DNA from: a virus
Length of the DNA stretch: 64,000 nucleotides
Reading direction: 5' to 3' (one strand)
Virus record (IMG/VR): IMGVR_UViG_3300028182_000001
Span: 32,001 to 96,000 of that record
Position numbers and translations under genes: made by a program. Below, piece by piece: positions 36,727 through 45,466 of the stretch. How positions within the stretch are numbered: the stretch's first letter is position 1; each line of letters starts with the position of its first letter. Below the pieces are notes generated by a model, which saw nothing but the letters and a program-made list of their open reading frames with translations, made no database searches and was not told the origin of the DNA.

Positions 36727-37554
36727 ATGGGAATGTCAGATGGTAAAACAGTATTAACGAAGATTGCTTTCCAAGTAGGAAACCGATTCTTCCGCTTCGC
36801 TATCAACCCTGAGAACATGACTTTTGCTCGGCCGCACCGTACTACGGCACTTAAAACAAAAAGTAGGATCGTAATTGAGGACTTCCAAAGTGACATACCT
36901 ACTTACACGATTAGTGGTACAACAGGATTCAACCCCACAGGTAAAGCGTCCGACCGAGGAATTGCAAAGATAAAAGAAATGAAATCTTTCTTAGAAGACT
37001 ATGCAGAGACTGGTGGTAACGGTAAGAAATCCGCAGACGATTTTTACTTCCACAACTTTACAAACGATGAGAGCTTTATCGTCCACTTAGCTCCCGAGGG
37101 AGTTACATATACGCAAGACGTGAACGCCCCACTAATGTATCGTTACGAGATTAAATTCGTAGTACTTAGAAAGTCTACCGATCCTGCCGATGACGATGTG
37201 GTGGCACCTGAGATTGGTAATAGGTATCCAACTGTAGGTGGCGGTGGAAGTAGTAGCTCAGGAGGAAATCCTAACCAACGTCCTGACACAGATATAAACA
37301 TTGGTGGTGGGGGTCTTGTATGGAGACCTAGCCCGTTATTCCCTCCACTAGGTGGTAACTCAGGTTCAGGAAACGGAGGTAAGTACGATCCTAGTTCAGG
37401 TAATGACGACATCTACAACAAAGGTGACGGAGGTAACTACGTTCCAGGAACAGGTCGTGACCCAGTTAACCCACAAAGACCTTCAGGTGTATCTTATGAC
37501 TACGGTATGAGTGGACTAGGGTACAACATCGGTTATTACGGAAGGTGGTATTAA
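36727..37554 (+). CDS. Baseplate/tail tube initiator protein
   Basis: FRFAINPEN...TISGTTG motif; Gly-rich C-terminus; synteny. Confidence 0.7.
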   Translation: MGMSDGKTVLTKIAFQVGNRFFRFAINPENMTFARPHRTTALKTKSRIVIEDFQSDIPTYTISGTTGFNPTGKASDRGIAKIKEMKSFLEDYAETGGNGKKSADDFYFHNFTNDESFIVHLAPEGVTYTQDVNAPLMYRYEIKFVVLRKSTDPADDDVVAPEIGNRYPTVGGGGSSSSGGNPNQRPDTDINIGGGGLVWRPSPLFPPLGGNSGSGNGGKYDPSSGNDDIYNKGDGGNYVPGTGRDPVNPQRPSGVSYDYGMSGLGYNIGYYGRWY

Positions 37555-37558
37555 GAAC

Positions 37559-38083
37559 ATGACAATTAGAAAGCCGTTAGACCTTATCAGATTCGTCTCT
37601 AGCGTCCCTGTTCTTCCCGATGGTACTATCCCATTAAACGAGATGGGAACAACGGTACAGTACACGTCTACGCTTTACACACCATCGTTCAGTGTATCAG
37701 CATTAGCAAGACTGACGTTAGAAGATATCCAACGAAATAAAATTGAACTGATTAACGTTCCACTAGACCCGAGAACAATCGTATCTCAAGTTATGAATAG
37801 TGATTTAGCTACGTATAACCCTCGTGTGTACGTTCTAGTGTGTGCCGTAGTGCTAGAGTCTTTTGCCCTTCTATATAACCTAGAGGAGCGTAATACGAAC
37901 ATTCAGTACGTAACAAAGAAAGATATCTTGAAGATGAAACAGAACGTAAACTATATCGCAGACTACTTCGGTACCGAGAGAAAGTACCGTACGATGATTG
38001 AGACATTACGAGATATAGATATTTCAATTGGTTACTTAGAGAACCAAGTAGAGTCGGCTATGAATAAATGGGTGGTGAGATAA
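37559..38083 (+). CDS. Baseplate protein (hypothetical)
   Basis: 174 aa in the baseplate operon. Confidence 0.7.
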   Translation: MTIRKPLDLIRFVSSVPVLPDGTIPLNEMGTTVQYTSTLYTPSFSVSALARLTLEDIQRNKIELINVPLDPRTIVSQVMNSDLATYNPRVYVLVCAVVLESFALLYNLEERNTNIQYVTKKDILKMKQNVNYIADYFGTERKYRTMIETLRDIDISIGYLENQVESAMNKWVVR

Positions 38084-38832
38084 TGGCTAAGTTTAAAAGA
38101 CGTATCATCGCAGAGGGAGATACGATGCAAGCTATAGCTCAACAAGAGTTAGGGGATGTAAGTCGTTGGATAGAGCTAGTAAGATTTAATGATCTACGAC
38201 ACCCGTACATCGTAGACACTGTAGCAGAGAAGTTAACAAACCCAAACCATCTTCTAACTATCGGTGATACTCTACTAATCGAGATGTCGGAAAATTCACA
38301 AAATGAATTAATGAACGCATTGAAACGTACAACAGATTTCGATAAAGAGGAGTTATACGCACTAGCTCTAGGGAAAGATTTAGATGTTCTACCAATCCCT
38401 AAACCGTTCGGTAAAGCAGGTTGGGACTCAGACATTCTTGAAATGAAGGATGACGGACGAGGAGATATCGCTACGATCCGTGGAGTAGAGAACTTAAAAC
38501 AATCTCTATTCATTCGTCTTATCACTCCACTAGGAAGCTACATCGGTTATCCGAGGTACGGTTCTAAAGTCCATGAATACTTAGGACGTAAGAACACAGA
38601 GGAGAATGCTGCTCTACTAGACATTGAAATCGAGAGAACATTACGTACGGATGGTAGAGTACGAACAGTAGAGAAGGTTGGGCACGTTATTGATGGTAAC
38701 TCGTACTCAACTACTTTCAAAGTCTTCTCTATCGCAATGGAAGAAGCATTCCTACTAGCCCTTTCAGGTGAGTTAGGAAAAGAAGGCTCGTTAGTCCTTC
38801 AAGATAACTTCGTAGATAACATGATACGATAA
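38083..38832 (+). CDS. Baseplate wedge / sheath initiator (LysM-like N-terminus, gp25-like C-terminus)
   Basis: EGDTMQAIAQQELGD..RW..L..FN LysM-like segment; GVENLKQSL..RL.TP.GS...P.YGS...DGRV gp25-like segment; coupled start (TAATG). Confidence 0.82.
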   Translation: MAKFKRRIIAEGDTMQAIAQQELGDVSRWIELVRFNDLRHPYIVDTVAEKLTNPNHLLTIGDTLLIEMSENSQNELMNALKRTTDFDKEELYALALGKDLDVLPIPKPFGKAGWDSDILEMKDDGRGDIATIRGVENLKQSLFIRLITPLGSYIGYPRYGSKVHEYLGRKNTEENAALLDIEIERTLRTDGRVRTVEKVGHVIDGNSYSTTFKVFSIAMEEAFLLALSGELGKEGSLVLQDNFVDNMIR

Positions 38833-38845
38833 GGAGGTTTACCCA

Positions 38846-39892
38846 TTGAGATACAAACAAATGACAGAAATCTATGGACGATTAGTAGACCATACGATTA
38901 CAAATACAAATAAGATTAATGACTTCTCTATCGGTAGCGCAATCAGAGCAATCTACGAAGCTACTGCTAGGGAGATTGAGCAGTTATACATCCTAACGGA
39001 AGAGAACATTAGAGAAGCTATTGCAACAGGTGTATACTCTTCATTCGGGTTCCAACGTAAACCTGCACAACGAGCTTACGGTAAAGTGCAGTTGGTCTTC
39101 CACAATGCCGTACAACAGACTTTACCTCTTCCAAGAGGTACAAGGTTCACTTCTAGTTTATCGGACTACACGATGACGTATGAGACGGTAGAAGACTACT
39201 ATATCCCACAAGGTACAGTTACTGCCGAAGTACAAATCTACTGCACGATTACAGGAGAGATTGGTAACGTACCGAACAACGTAATTAACATTATGATGAC
39301 TCCTCTAGCGAACATCAAGACAGTTACGAATGCACAAGCTTTCCAAACAGGTCAAGATGAGGAACCGTTAGAAGAATTAAAGTCTCGTTTCCGTTCTTAC
39401 ATTGAATCTCTAAGCAAAGGAACAATTCCTGCACTAGAGTACGGCACACGTTCCGTAATAGAGATTTCAGGTGTATGGATTGATGAGCAGACAGGTATTG
39501 TTTACGTATACGCACACGACCGCAACGGAGACCTACCTGATGTTGTAAGAGATAAAGTCATCGCTACACTTCAGAACTACCGAGCAGCAGGAATCCCAGT
39601 TGTCGTTCGACCTGTAACACGTAAAGCAGTTAACATTGATGTTACAATAGTACTAACAGATAAGACTGCTATTACAAAGGCACTACAAGATAAGATAGTA
39701 GCCGAGATTTCGAGATACCTTAACAACATGCAGACTTCACAAAGCGTAATCCTATCTGACCTATCTAGTGTTATTAAAGGGATAGATAGACGATTAATCT
39801 ACGACATTACATTTAACGATCCGAAAGCAAATGTAATCGTAGCAGGTAATGAAGTTGTTCGTGCAGGTACAGTTAAGGTTACTCTAACATAG
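38846..39892 (+). CDS. Baseplate J-like wedge protein
   Basis: FGFQRKPAQRAYG, GEIGNVP, TGQDEEPLEELKSR, YRAAGI motifs. Confidence 0.9.
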   Translation: MRYKQMTEIYGRLVDHTITNTNKINDFSIGSAIRAIYEATAREIEQLYILTEENIREAIATGVYSSFGFQRKPAQRAYGKVQLVFHNAVQQTLPLPRGTRFTSSLSDYTMTYETVEDYYIPQGTVTAEVQIYCTITGEIGNVPNNVINIMMTPLANIKTVTNAQAFQTGQDEEPLEELKSRFRSYIESLSKGTIPALEYGTRSVIEISGVWIDEQTGIVYVYAHDRNGDLPDVVRDKVIATLQNYRAAGIPVVVRPVTRKAVNIDVTIVLTDKTAITKALQDKIVAEISRYLNNMQTSQSVILSDLSSVIKGIDRRLIYDITFNDPKANVIVAGNEVVRAGTVKVTLT

Positions 39893-39902
39893 GAGGTACA
39901 TT

Positions 39903-40928
39903 ATGTCATTTCTAAAACATCTACATCCTGGTTGGAAGATAAGCTTACAAGACAAGACAAAGGTGAATGCGGCTATCCTAGATGCGATTGACCAAGAACT
40001 TAAAGTAACAGAGTCCGATATGATTGCGAGTAAGTTCGACTTATCTTTAGAGAGTGCAACGGGGCAATGGTTAGATGAGTACGGAGATGTATTCGGGGTA
40101 GTACGACAGGACAATGAAAATGACACGTCTTATAGAGCACGTATCATCCAGTATATCCTATTAGATAGAGGTACTATCCCTGCTATTAAAAAAGCAATCC
40201 TGGCATTCCTAGGAGACCCGAATACATACGTAAACGTCTACGAACCATTCAATAACATTTTCTTCTTGAACAAGTCGAAGCTAAACAGTAAGGACTGTCT
40301 ACTAGGAGAGTATTACACAAATGCAGTTATTGATATATTCTTCGCAAATACTTTCCCTGTAGCCGTTATTGATATCGTTAAAAAGTTTAAGCCAGCAGGA
40401 GTAACAGTATTTCTAACACGCCAACCAAAAGCGTATAACCCGACTGCACAAGTATTCACAGTGAAGCAAGGAACTGACCCTGTAGCAGAAGCTATGAAGA
40501 TGCAAGCTAATAGGGACAGTACGTACTTGTCAATTGGTGAATCTGCTATAATAGGTTATAAGAGGATTCACAAGATTATGTTAGCAAGACCTCTTAAAGA
40601 TACAGAGAATGTTAACAACCCTCCGTTCCCTGTAGTAATGTATGGGAACAAGCCGTACGTACTAGTTCCTAGAGACAACGCAGTAGCAGAAGGAGCGAAG
40701 TGGTTATACATAAACGTAGCAGTAGAGGACACAGACTTCCAAGATAAGTCGTATTCAAAAACAGGAGTGTACTTTAATCTTGTTCCGAAAGGAAGTAAGA
40801 AAGATACACTACTACCTAGCGAAGTGACTAGCGCAGGTACATCACTAGTTTCAGAGACTAGAACGTCCCAAGGTCGTAAGCTAGGACTAAAAATGGACGA
40901 ACAATTCATGATTCAATTTACAGTATAA
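39903..40928 (+). CDS. Baseplate wedge protein (gpI/gp7-like)
   Basis: LESATGQWLDEYG..FGV.R...END..YR.RI.....RGT..AI; KFKPAGV. Confidence 0.82.
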   Translation: MSFLKHLHPGWKISLQDKTKVNAAILDAIDQELKVTESDMIASKFDLSLESATGQWLDEYGDVFGVVRQDNENDTSYRARIIQYILLDRGTIPAIKKAILAFLGDPNTYVNVYEPFNNIFFLNKSKLNSKDCLLGEYYTNAVIDIFFANTFPVAVIDIVKKFKPAGVTVFLTRQPKAYNPTAQVFTVKQGTDPVAEAMKMQANRDSTYLSIGESAIIGYKRIHKIMLARPLKDTENVNNPPFPVVMYGNKPYVLVPRDNAVAEGAKWLYINVAVEDTDFQDKSYSKTGVYFNLVPKGSKKDTLLPSEVTSAGTSLVSETRTSQGRKLGLKMDEQFMIQFTV

Positions 40929-40942
40929 AGGAGTGAAACGTT

Positions 40943-43900
40943 TTGGCAGATATCATTGATTTAAGCGGTATGCCGTATAATGACCGATTCGATTCTAAGA
41001 AAGGTCGCTCTAAGGCTCTCTTCCGTTCTGACAGACCATTACAACAAGCAGAACTAAATGAGATACAATCTATCGCAGAAGATAACTTAAAACGACTTGG
41101 GGATCGTGTATTCTCTGATGGTAACATTCAGACGGGTATGGCATTCACATTTGACAACGCAGAAACAAAAACAAAGATTACGGTAGAAGATGGTTTGCTT
41201 TATCTAGCAGGAAAGATTCGACCATTCCATAAACAAACAATCCCGTTCACAGGTGTAGGACGAGAAAACATCGGTGTAAAAGTAGTACAGAAAATCGTTA
41301 CATACAATGACGACCCTACACTACTAGACCAAACACAGAACGCACCTAGCTATCTATCTCCTGGTGCAGACCGTTTAGAGGAGCAAGTTGTACTAACGTA
41401 TAACGATGATAGCACAACTATGATTTACCGTTTTGATGATGGTAAGCTATTCATCGAACCGAACCGTCCCGAGTTCTCAGGTATCATCGAAATGATCGCT
41501 CAACGTGACAAAGAGACTTTAGGCTCATATCAAGCAGAAGGTTTCAACATGTGGACAGAGAAAGGTAGAACTCCTGACACGATTGACGCAGTTATTGATG
41601 CAGGTATTGCTTACGTAAATGGCTATCGTATCCACAAGCCTACGGCAACTCGTGTAGCAATCAAAAAGTCTAAAGACTTCCGTACCATCATCCAAGAAGG
41701 AAGCACATACAGTTCTTCAAAAGGTAAGATTACTGTAGGTAGTATCTTCGTAAAACAAGTAAACAATGTCGTAGGGCGTACTGACAGTCCTGCTGGTGGC
41801 GTTCAGCTATCAAAAGGTGTGTTAGATGGTCGAGACCCGTTACCAGCTCAATACACAAACGTAGACGCTTCTAAATTGACTGTGTACGTAGGAGCTAAGG
41901 TGTATGTGCAAGGGAAAGATTACGCACTTGTGCAAGACAGTGGTGTTCAGTACATTGACTGGAAAGGTAATCTTAATGGTGAGGAGCCTACACCAGGAAC
42001 AACTTACTTCTTGACATTCGAGTATGACCGAGTAATGAAAGCAGGTACGGACTACAAGGTTGTTAGTACACCATTAGGTGACACGATTCCTGGTTCAACT
42101 ACTGAAGTAGACTTTAACGTTGCAGGTGGAGTGAAACCGAAAGATAATGGTACGATCCGTGTGGATTACGATTACTACTTATCCCGAGAAGATATCGTGA
42201 CACTAGATGTTACAGGTAACTTTACCGTAGTGGAAGGGCAGCCTGACCGTGAAGGTCTAACAAAGCAACCTGAAAACCGTGACCCATTAACACTGAAAAT
42301 CGGTAACGTACACGTATTCCCATTCTCTGACTTTGCAGAAGCGAAGAACACTGCTGTTATGCGTTTACGTATGGAAGACTTGCAGAGAATGAAAACTCGT
42401 CTAGAGAACGTTGAATACAACCAAGCTATGATACTACTAGAAAAGCAAGCAACGAAAACACAAGACCCGTTAACATTGCGTGGTGTATTCGCAGACCCAT
42501 TCACAGACTTCTCTAAAATGGACTCAGCTATTTCAACTGTAGCCTTCTCGTTCGATGATGCTACTATTACGATCCCAACAAAAACTCCTGATGACCAAAA
42601 GGTTAAACCTAAGTTCATGGAGAACGAGTCCGTAGCAAACTCATGGGGCCGCTTAGTAACTGCACCATTCAAAGAGATTAAGGAGATTAGCCAACCACTA
42701 GCTACAGAAGCATGGAACGTTAACCCGTACATGGTTTATAACAAGCAAGGTGTACTAAAGTTAACTCCTGAAACGGATAACTGGATTGACGAGCAACGTG
42801 TAACATTGTACGAAGAAGACCATGTTACAACGAACCTAAACCGTTGGTGGATGCACCAAGGAGAGGGAGACCCAGGTGGAATCGTTAGTGACTGGAACAA
42901 AGAGTTAATCGACAAGACACAACTTGAGGGTGGCATTCAGTGGAATGAATCTTCTATCGGTTGGAGAGAGAAACAAGAAGGTTCGTTTTGGTCTTCTGCC
43001 CAAACTACTCGTAATGAAGTTATTGAATACATGCGTCAGATTGAAGTCGGATTTAGCGCAACAAACTTGAAGCCGAACGAGAACAACTTGTTCCTAACAT
43101 TCGATGGTAATAGAGTTGCAGTTAAACCTACAGGAGCTACGGCACCAGGTAGTGACGCAGGTACAGTTCGTTCTAACGCACAAGGGGAAGCTACAGGTAC
43201 GTTCATCATCCCTACAGGTGTTAGAACAGGTACACGAGAAGCTACACTACAGAATGCGAATAACCAAGCTACGGCTACATTCACTGCTCAAGGTTCTGCT
43301 AAGATTACGACAGATACGATTACAAGAACTCGTGTAACGTTCAACCTGTACGATCCATTAGCTCAATCGTTTGCATTCCCACAAGCCCGTGTAATCACTA
43401 GCGTAGGAGTTTACTTCGGTTCTAAGTCTACTAAAGATAATATCATCATGCAAGTTCGTGGATTATCTGAAGGTGGTTTACCAAACCGTACGATTTATGC
43501 CGAGCGTGTATTAACTCCTGACAAAGTTATCGTTTCTGCCGATGCTTCTAAGGAAACGAAGATTGCTCTTGACGATCCGTTAATGGTTCAACCAGGGGAA
43601 AGCTACTGTATCGTGTTCATTACGGACAGTGCCGATTACACTATGTGGTGCGCTAAAATGGGACAAAAAACATTAGGTGACAACCCGCAAACTGTAATCT
43701 CTAACCCGTATGTAAACGGTGTGTTATTCAGTTCTTCAAACGCAGTATCTTGGACAGTACACCAAGAAACAGATATGAAGTTTAATATCTACACTGCTGA
43801 GTTCGAAGAAGAAGGTATCATCGAGTTCGATACAATGACGAACATTGACTCTAACGGTATCCTGTTAATGGCTTCTTACTTAACACCTGCTAACACGGGT

Positions 43901-44437
43901 TGTATTTGGGAAGTTAAAGTCGTCAATGCTTCAGATGTTGGAACTGTATCTATTGATAGTGTACCGTGGATGCCATTGGTAAACTACGCAGGTATTGAAA
44001 CACCGTTCGTAGTAGGTCTAGCTAAGTTACGTGCTCGATTCAAGTCGAACCGTTACATCTCTCCAATGCTTGTACTTGATGATTTACTATTCGTAAACTT
44101 CGTTAGTGCAACTAAAGGTGAGTATGTATCTAAGACGGTTGACCAATCAGTAGCTCCATTCAATCAGATTACACTTTCATACGATTCAGCAGCTCCTGCT
44201 GGTACTCGTGTTAAACCTTACTACTCGTTAGACCAAGGGGCAACATGGAAAGAGTTCACAAAGGCTCCAACTACTACGAAGAGATCAGCAGAGTTTACTC
44301 GCTATACTTACGTAGAAAGACAAGCAGGATCAGCAGTAGAGATTTCGATTAAGTATAAACTGGTACTTGAAGGAGATAACCGATTCGTACGTCCGAGAGT
44401 GAGACAGTTAACTGGTATGACTACGGACGCAATCTAA
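40943..44437 (+). CDS. Large baseplate/adsorption protein (DUF4815-like)
   Basis: PYNDRFD...LF...RPLQQAELNEIQS, APSYLSPGADRL, DPLAQSF motifs; TTG start with RBS AAGGAG. Confidence 0.85.
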   Translation: MADIIDLSGMPYNDRFDSKKGRSKALFRSDRPLQQAELNEIQSIAEDNLKRLGDRVFSDGNIQTGMAFTFDNAETKTKITVEDGLLYLAGKIRPFHKQTIPFTGVGRENIGVKVVQKIVTYNDDPTLLDQTQNAPSYLSPGADRLEEQVVLTYNDDSTTMIYRFDDGKLFIEPNRPEFSGIIEMIAQRDKETLGSYQAEGFNMWTEKGRTPDTIDAVIDAGIAYVNGYRIHKPTATRVAIKKSKDFRTIIQEGSTYSSSKGKITVGSIFVKQVNNVVGRTDSPAGGVQLSKGVLDGRDPLPAQYTNVDASKLTVYVGAKVYVQGKDYALVQDSGVQYIDWKGNLNGEEPTPGTTYFLTFEYDRVMKAGTDYKVVSTPLGDTIPGSTTEVDFNVAGGVKPKDNGTIRVDYDYYLSREDIVTLDVTGNFTVVEGQPDREGLTKQPENRDPLTLKIGNVHVFPFSDFAEAKNTAVMRLRMEDLQRMKTRLENVEYNQAMILLEKQATKTQDPLTLRGVFADPFTDFSKMDSAISTVAFSFDDATITIPTKTPDDQKVKPKFMENESVANSWGRLVTAPFKEIKEISQPLATEAWNVNPYMVYNKQGVLKLTPETDNWIDEQRVTLYEEDHVTTNLNRWWMHQGEGDPGGIVSDWNKELIDKTQLEGGIQWNESSIGWREKQEGSFWSSAQTTRNEVIEYMRQIEVGFSATNLKPNENNLFLTFDGNRVAVKPTGATAPGSDAGTVRSNAQGEATGTFIIPTGVRTGTREATLQNANNQATATFTAQGSAKITTDTITRTRVTFNLYDPLAQSFAFPQARVITSVGVYFGSKSTKDNIIMQVRGLSEGGLPNRTIYAERVLTPDKVIVSADASKETKIALDDPLMVQPGESYCIVFITDSADYTMWCAKMGQKTLGDNPQTVISNPYVNGVLFSSSNAVSWTVHQETDMKFNIYTAEFEEEGIIEFDTMTNIDSNGILLMASYLTPANTGCIWEVKVVNASDVGTVSIDSVPWMPLVNYAGIETPFVVGLAKLRARFKSNRYISPMLVLDDLLFVNFVSATKGEYVSKTVDQSVAPFNQITLSYDSAAPAGTRVKPYYSLDQGATWKEFTKAPTTTKRSAEFTRYTYVERQAGSAVEISIKYKLVLEGDNRFVRPRVRQLTGMTTDAI

Positions 44438-44449
44438 GGAGGGAAATAT

Positions 44450-44641
44450 ATGCCAACAGAACATCGTTGTCCAAACTCAGGGGCGTTAGTATTCGTCCCT
44501 ACTTCCTCTGAAAAATCTACAATCCAAATTGCTAGGGAGTTTAAATCTAGTAAAGCGGAACTTGATAAGAAGCTTGAAGATGTGGATAAGTTAAAAGAGG
44601 AACTACTGGTTTTGATTGCTAAAGCTAAAGAAGAAAAATAG
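44450..44641 (+). CDS. Small coiled-coil protein ending the structural module
   Basis: 63 aa, RBS AAGGAGG. Confidence 0.8.
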   Translation: MPTEHRCPNSGALVFVPTSSEKSTIQIAREFKSSKAELDKKLEDVDKLKEELLVLIAKAKEEK

Positions 44642-44645
44642 ACAT

Positions 44646-44680
44646 AAAAAAAAGAAGAGGTGTTGATAGCACCTCTTTTT
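44646..44680. terminator. Bidirectional intrinsic terminator
   Basis: A8 run, AAGAGGTGTT-GAT-AGCACCTCTT stem-loop, T run. Confidence 0.82.
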
Positions 44681-44764
44681 AATTTGCCCTTATTTAATAT
44701 GTGAGTCCGTATTTGGGAAATGGAAGATAATAAGGACGGTTGTGTGAATTGTGGATGCAATCAC
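44646..44764 (-). ncRNA. Candidate minus-strand small RNA with C/U-rich loop
   Basis: Minus-strand promoter TTGACA(44800-44795)-N18-TATACT(44776-44771), hairpin at 44705-44737 with loop AUCUUCCAUUUCCCA, terminator at 44646-44677. Confidence 0.55.
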
Positions 44765-44770
44765 AAGTAA

Positions 44771-44800
44771 AGTATACTTGAGCAATGGACAACTTGTCAA
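44771..44800 (-). promoter_or_regulatory. Minus-strand sigma-A promoter
   Basis: TTGACA-N18-TATACT. Confidence 0.65.
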
Positions 44801-44819
44801 CCACTTTTGTATATAGTTA

Positions 44820-45068
44820 TTTTTGACATATTTTAAACCGTTGTAAATAAAGGATTCTTGACTAAATAGTACACTTTTTTGTCCTATTTAAATTTTAACC
44901 TGATACGTATATTATTATTTAAATATATTTAATTAACACTAATATATAATATAAATAATAATTAATTATATATATATATACAGACCAGTTATAAATTAAA
45001 TGTGACTATATTCAAGTTGGAAAGTATGATAATCCCTTACGTATCAAGGGTTTAAAATATGACAGAAA
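44820..45068. other. Putative replication origin: AT-rich core flanked by inverted repeats
   Basis: CATATTTTAAACC (44827-44839) and GGTTTAAAATATG (45049-45061) are perfect cores of longer imperfect arms. They flank an almost pure A/T tract at ~44909-44979, between the structural and replication modules. Confidence 0.6.
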
Positions 45069-45092
45069 TTTAAAATAAGGTGGTGTATTCAA

Positions 45093-45121
45093 TTGCTCAC
45101 ACTGTAGTCTTATGGTAAAAT
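45093..45121 (+). promoter_or_regulatory. Sigma-A-type promoter
   Basis: TTGCTC-N17-TAAAAT with extended TG. Confidence 0.55.
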
Positions 45122-45160
45122 AGAGACATGGATATAAACTAAATCTCAAGGAGGAATATT

Positions 45161-45445
45161 ATGGATTTAAAAGGTGGGCTTAATATGTACACTTTCTTTG
45201 TCGCAGGTGAAGGACTATATAAACAAACTAGGTATGGTTCAGATGAGTCTCCATTAGGACGTAAAGTAAAATACCTTAACAGAGGTGGATGGGACGGAGA
45301 TACTGAGAGAGCTAACCAATACTTTAGCGAAGGTGAGATTTTAACAGTTAAAGAGATTTACGTTGGACGCTCAAGTTCCGAAGTAGAATTTACGGAACAT
45401 CCAGGTAAAAAGTTTAATACAGTAATGTTTGAAGATATCAAATAA
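45161..45445 (+). CDS. Hypothetical protein
   Basis: 94 aa, RBS AAGGAGG. Confidence 0.75.
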   Translation: MDLKGGLNMYTFFVAGEGLYKQTRYGSDESPLGRKVKYLNRGGWDGDTERANQYFSEGEILTVKEIYVGRSSSEVEFTEHPGKKFNTVMFEDIK

Positions 45446-45466
45446 CGAAAGGATGTAATTGAATAC

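Noticed and set aside
44434-44760. 108-aa minus-strand ORF downstream of the minus-strand promoter
   Set aside because: TTG start within a few nt of the predicted TSS, no RBS, runs through a terminator and is antisense to a real gene. An sRNA reading is preferred, though leaderless translation is not formally excluded.
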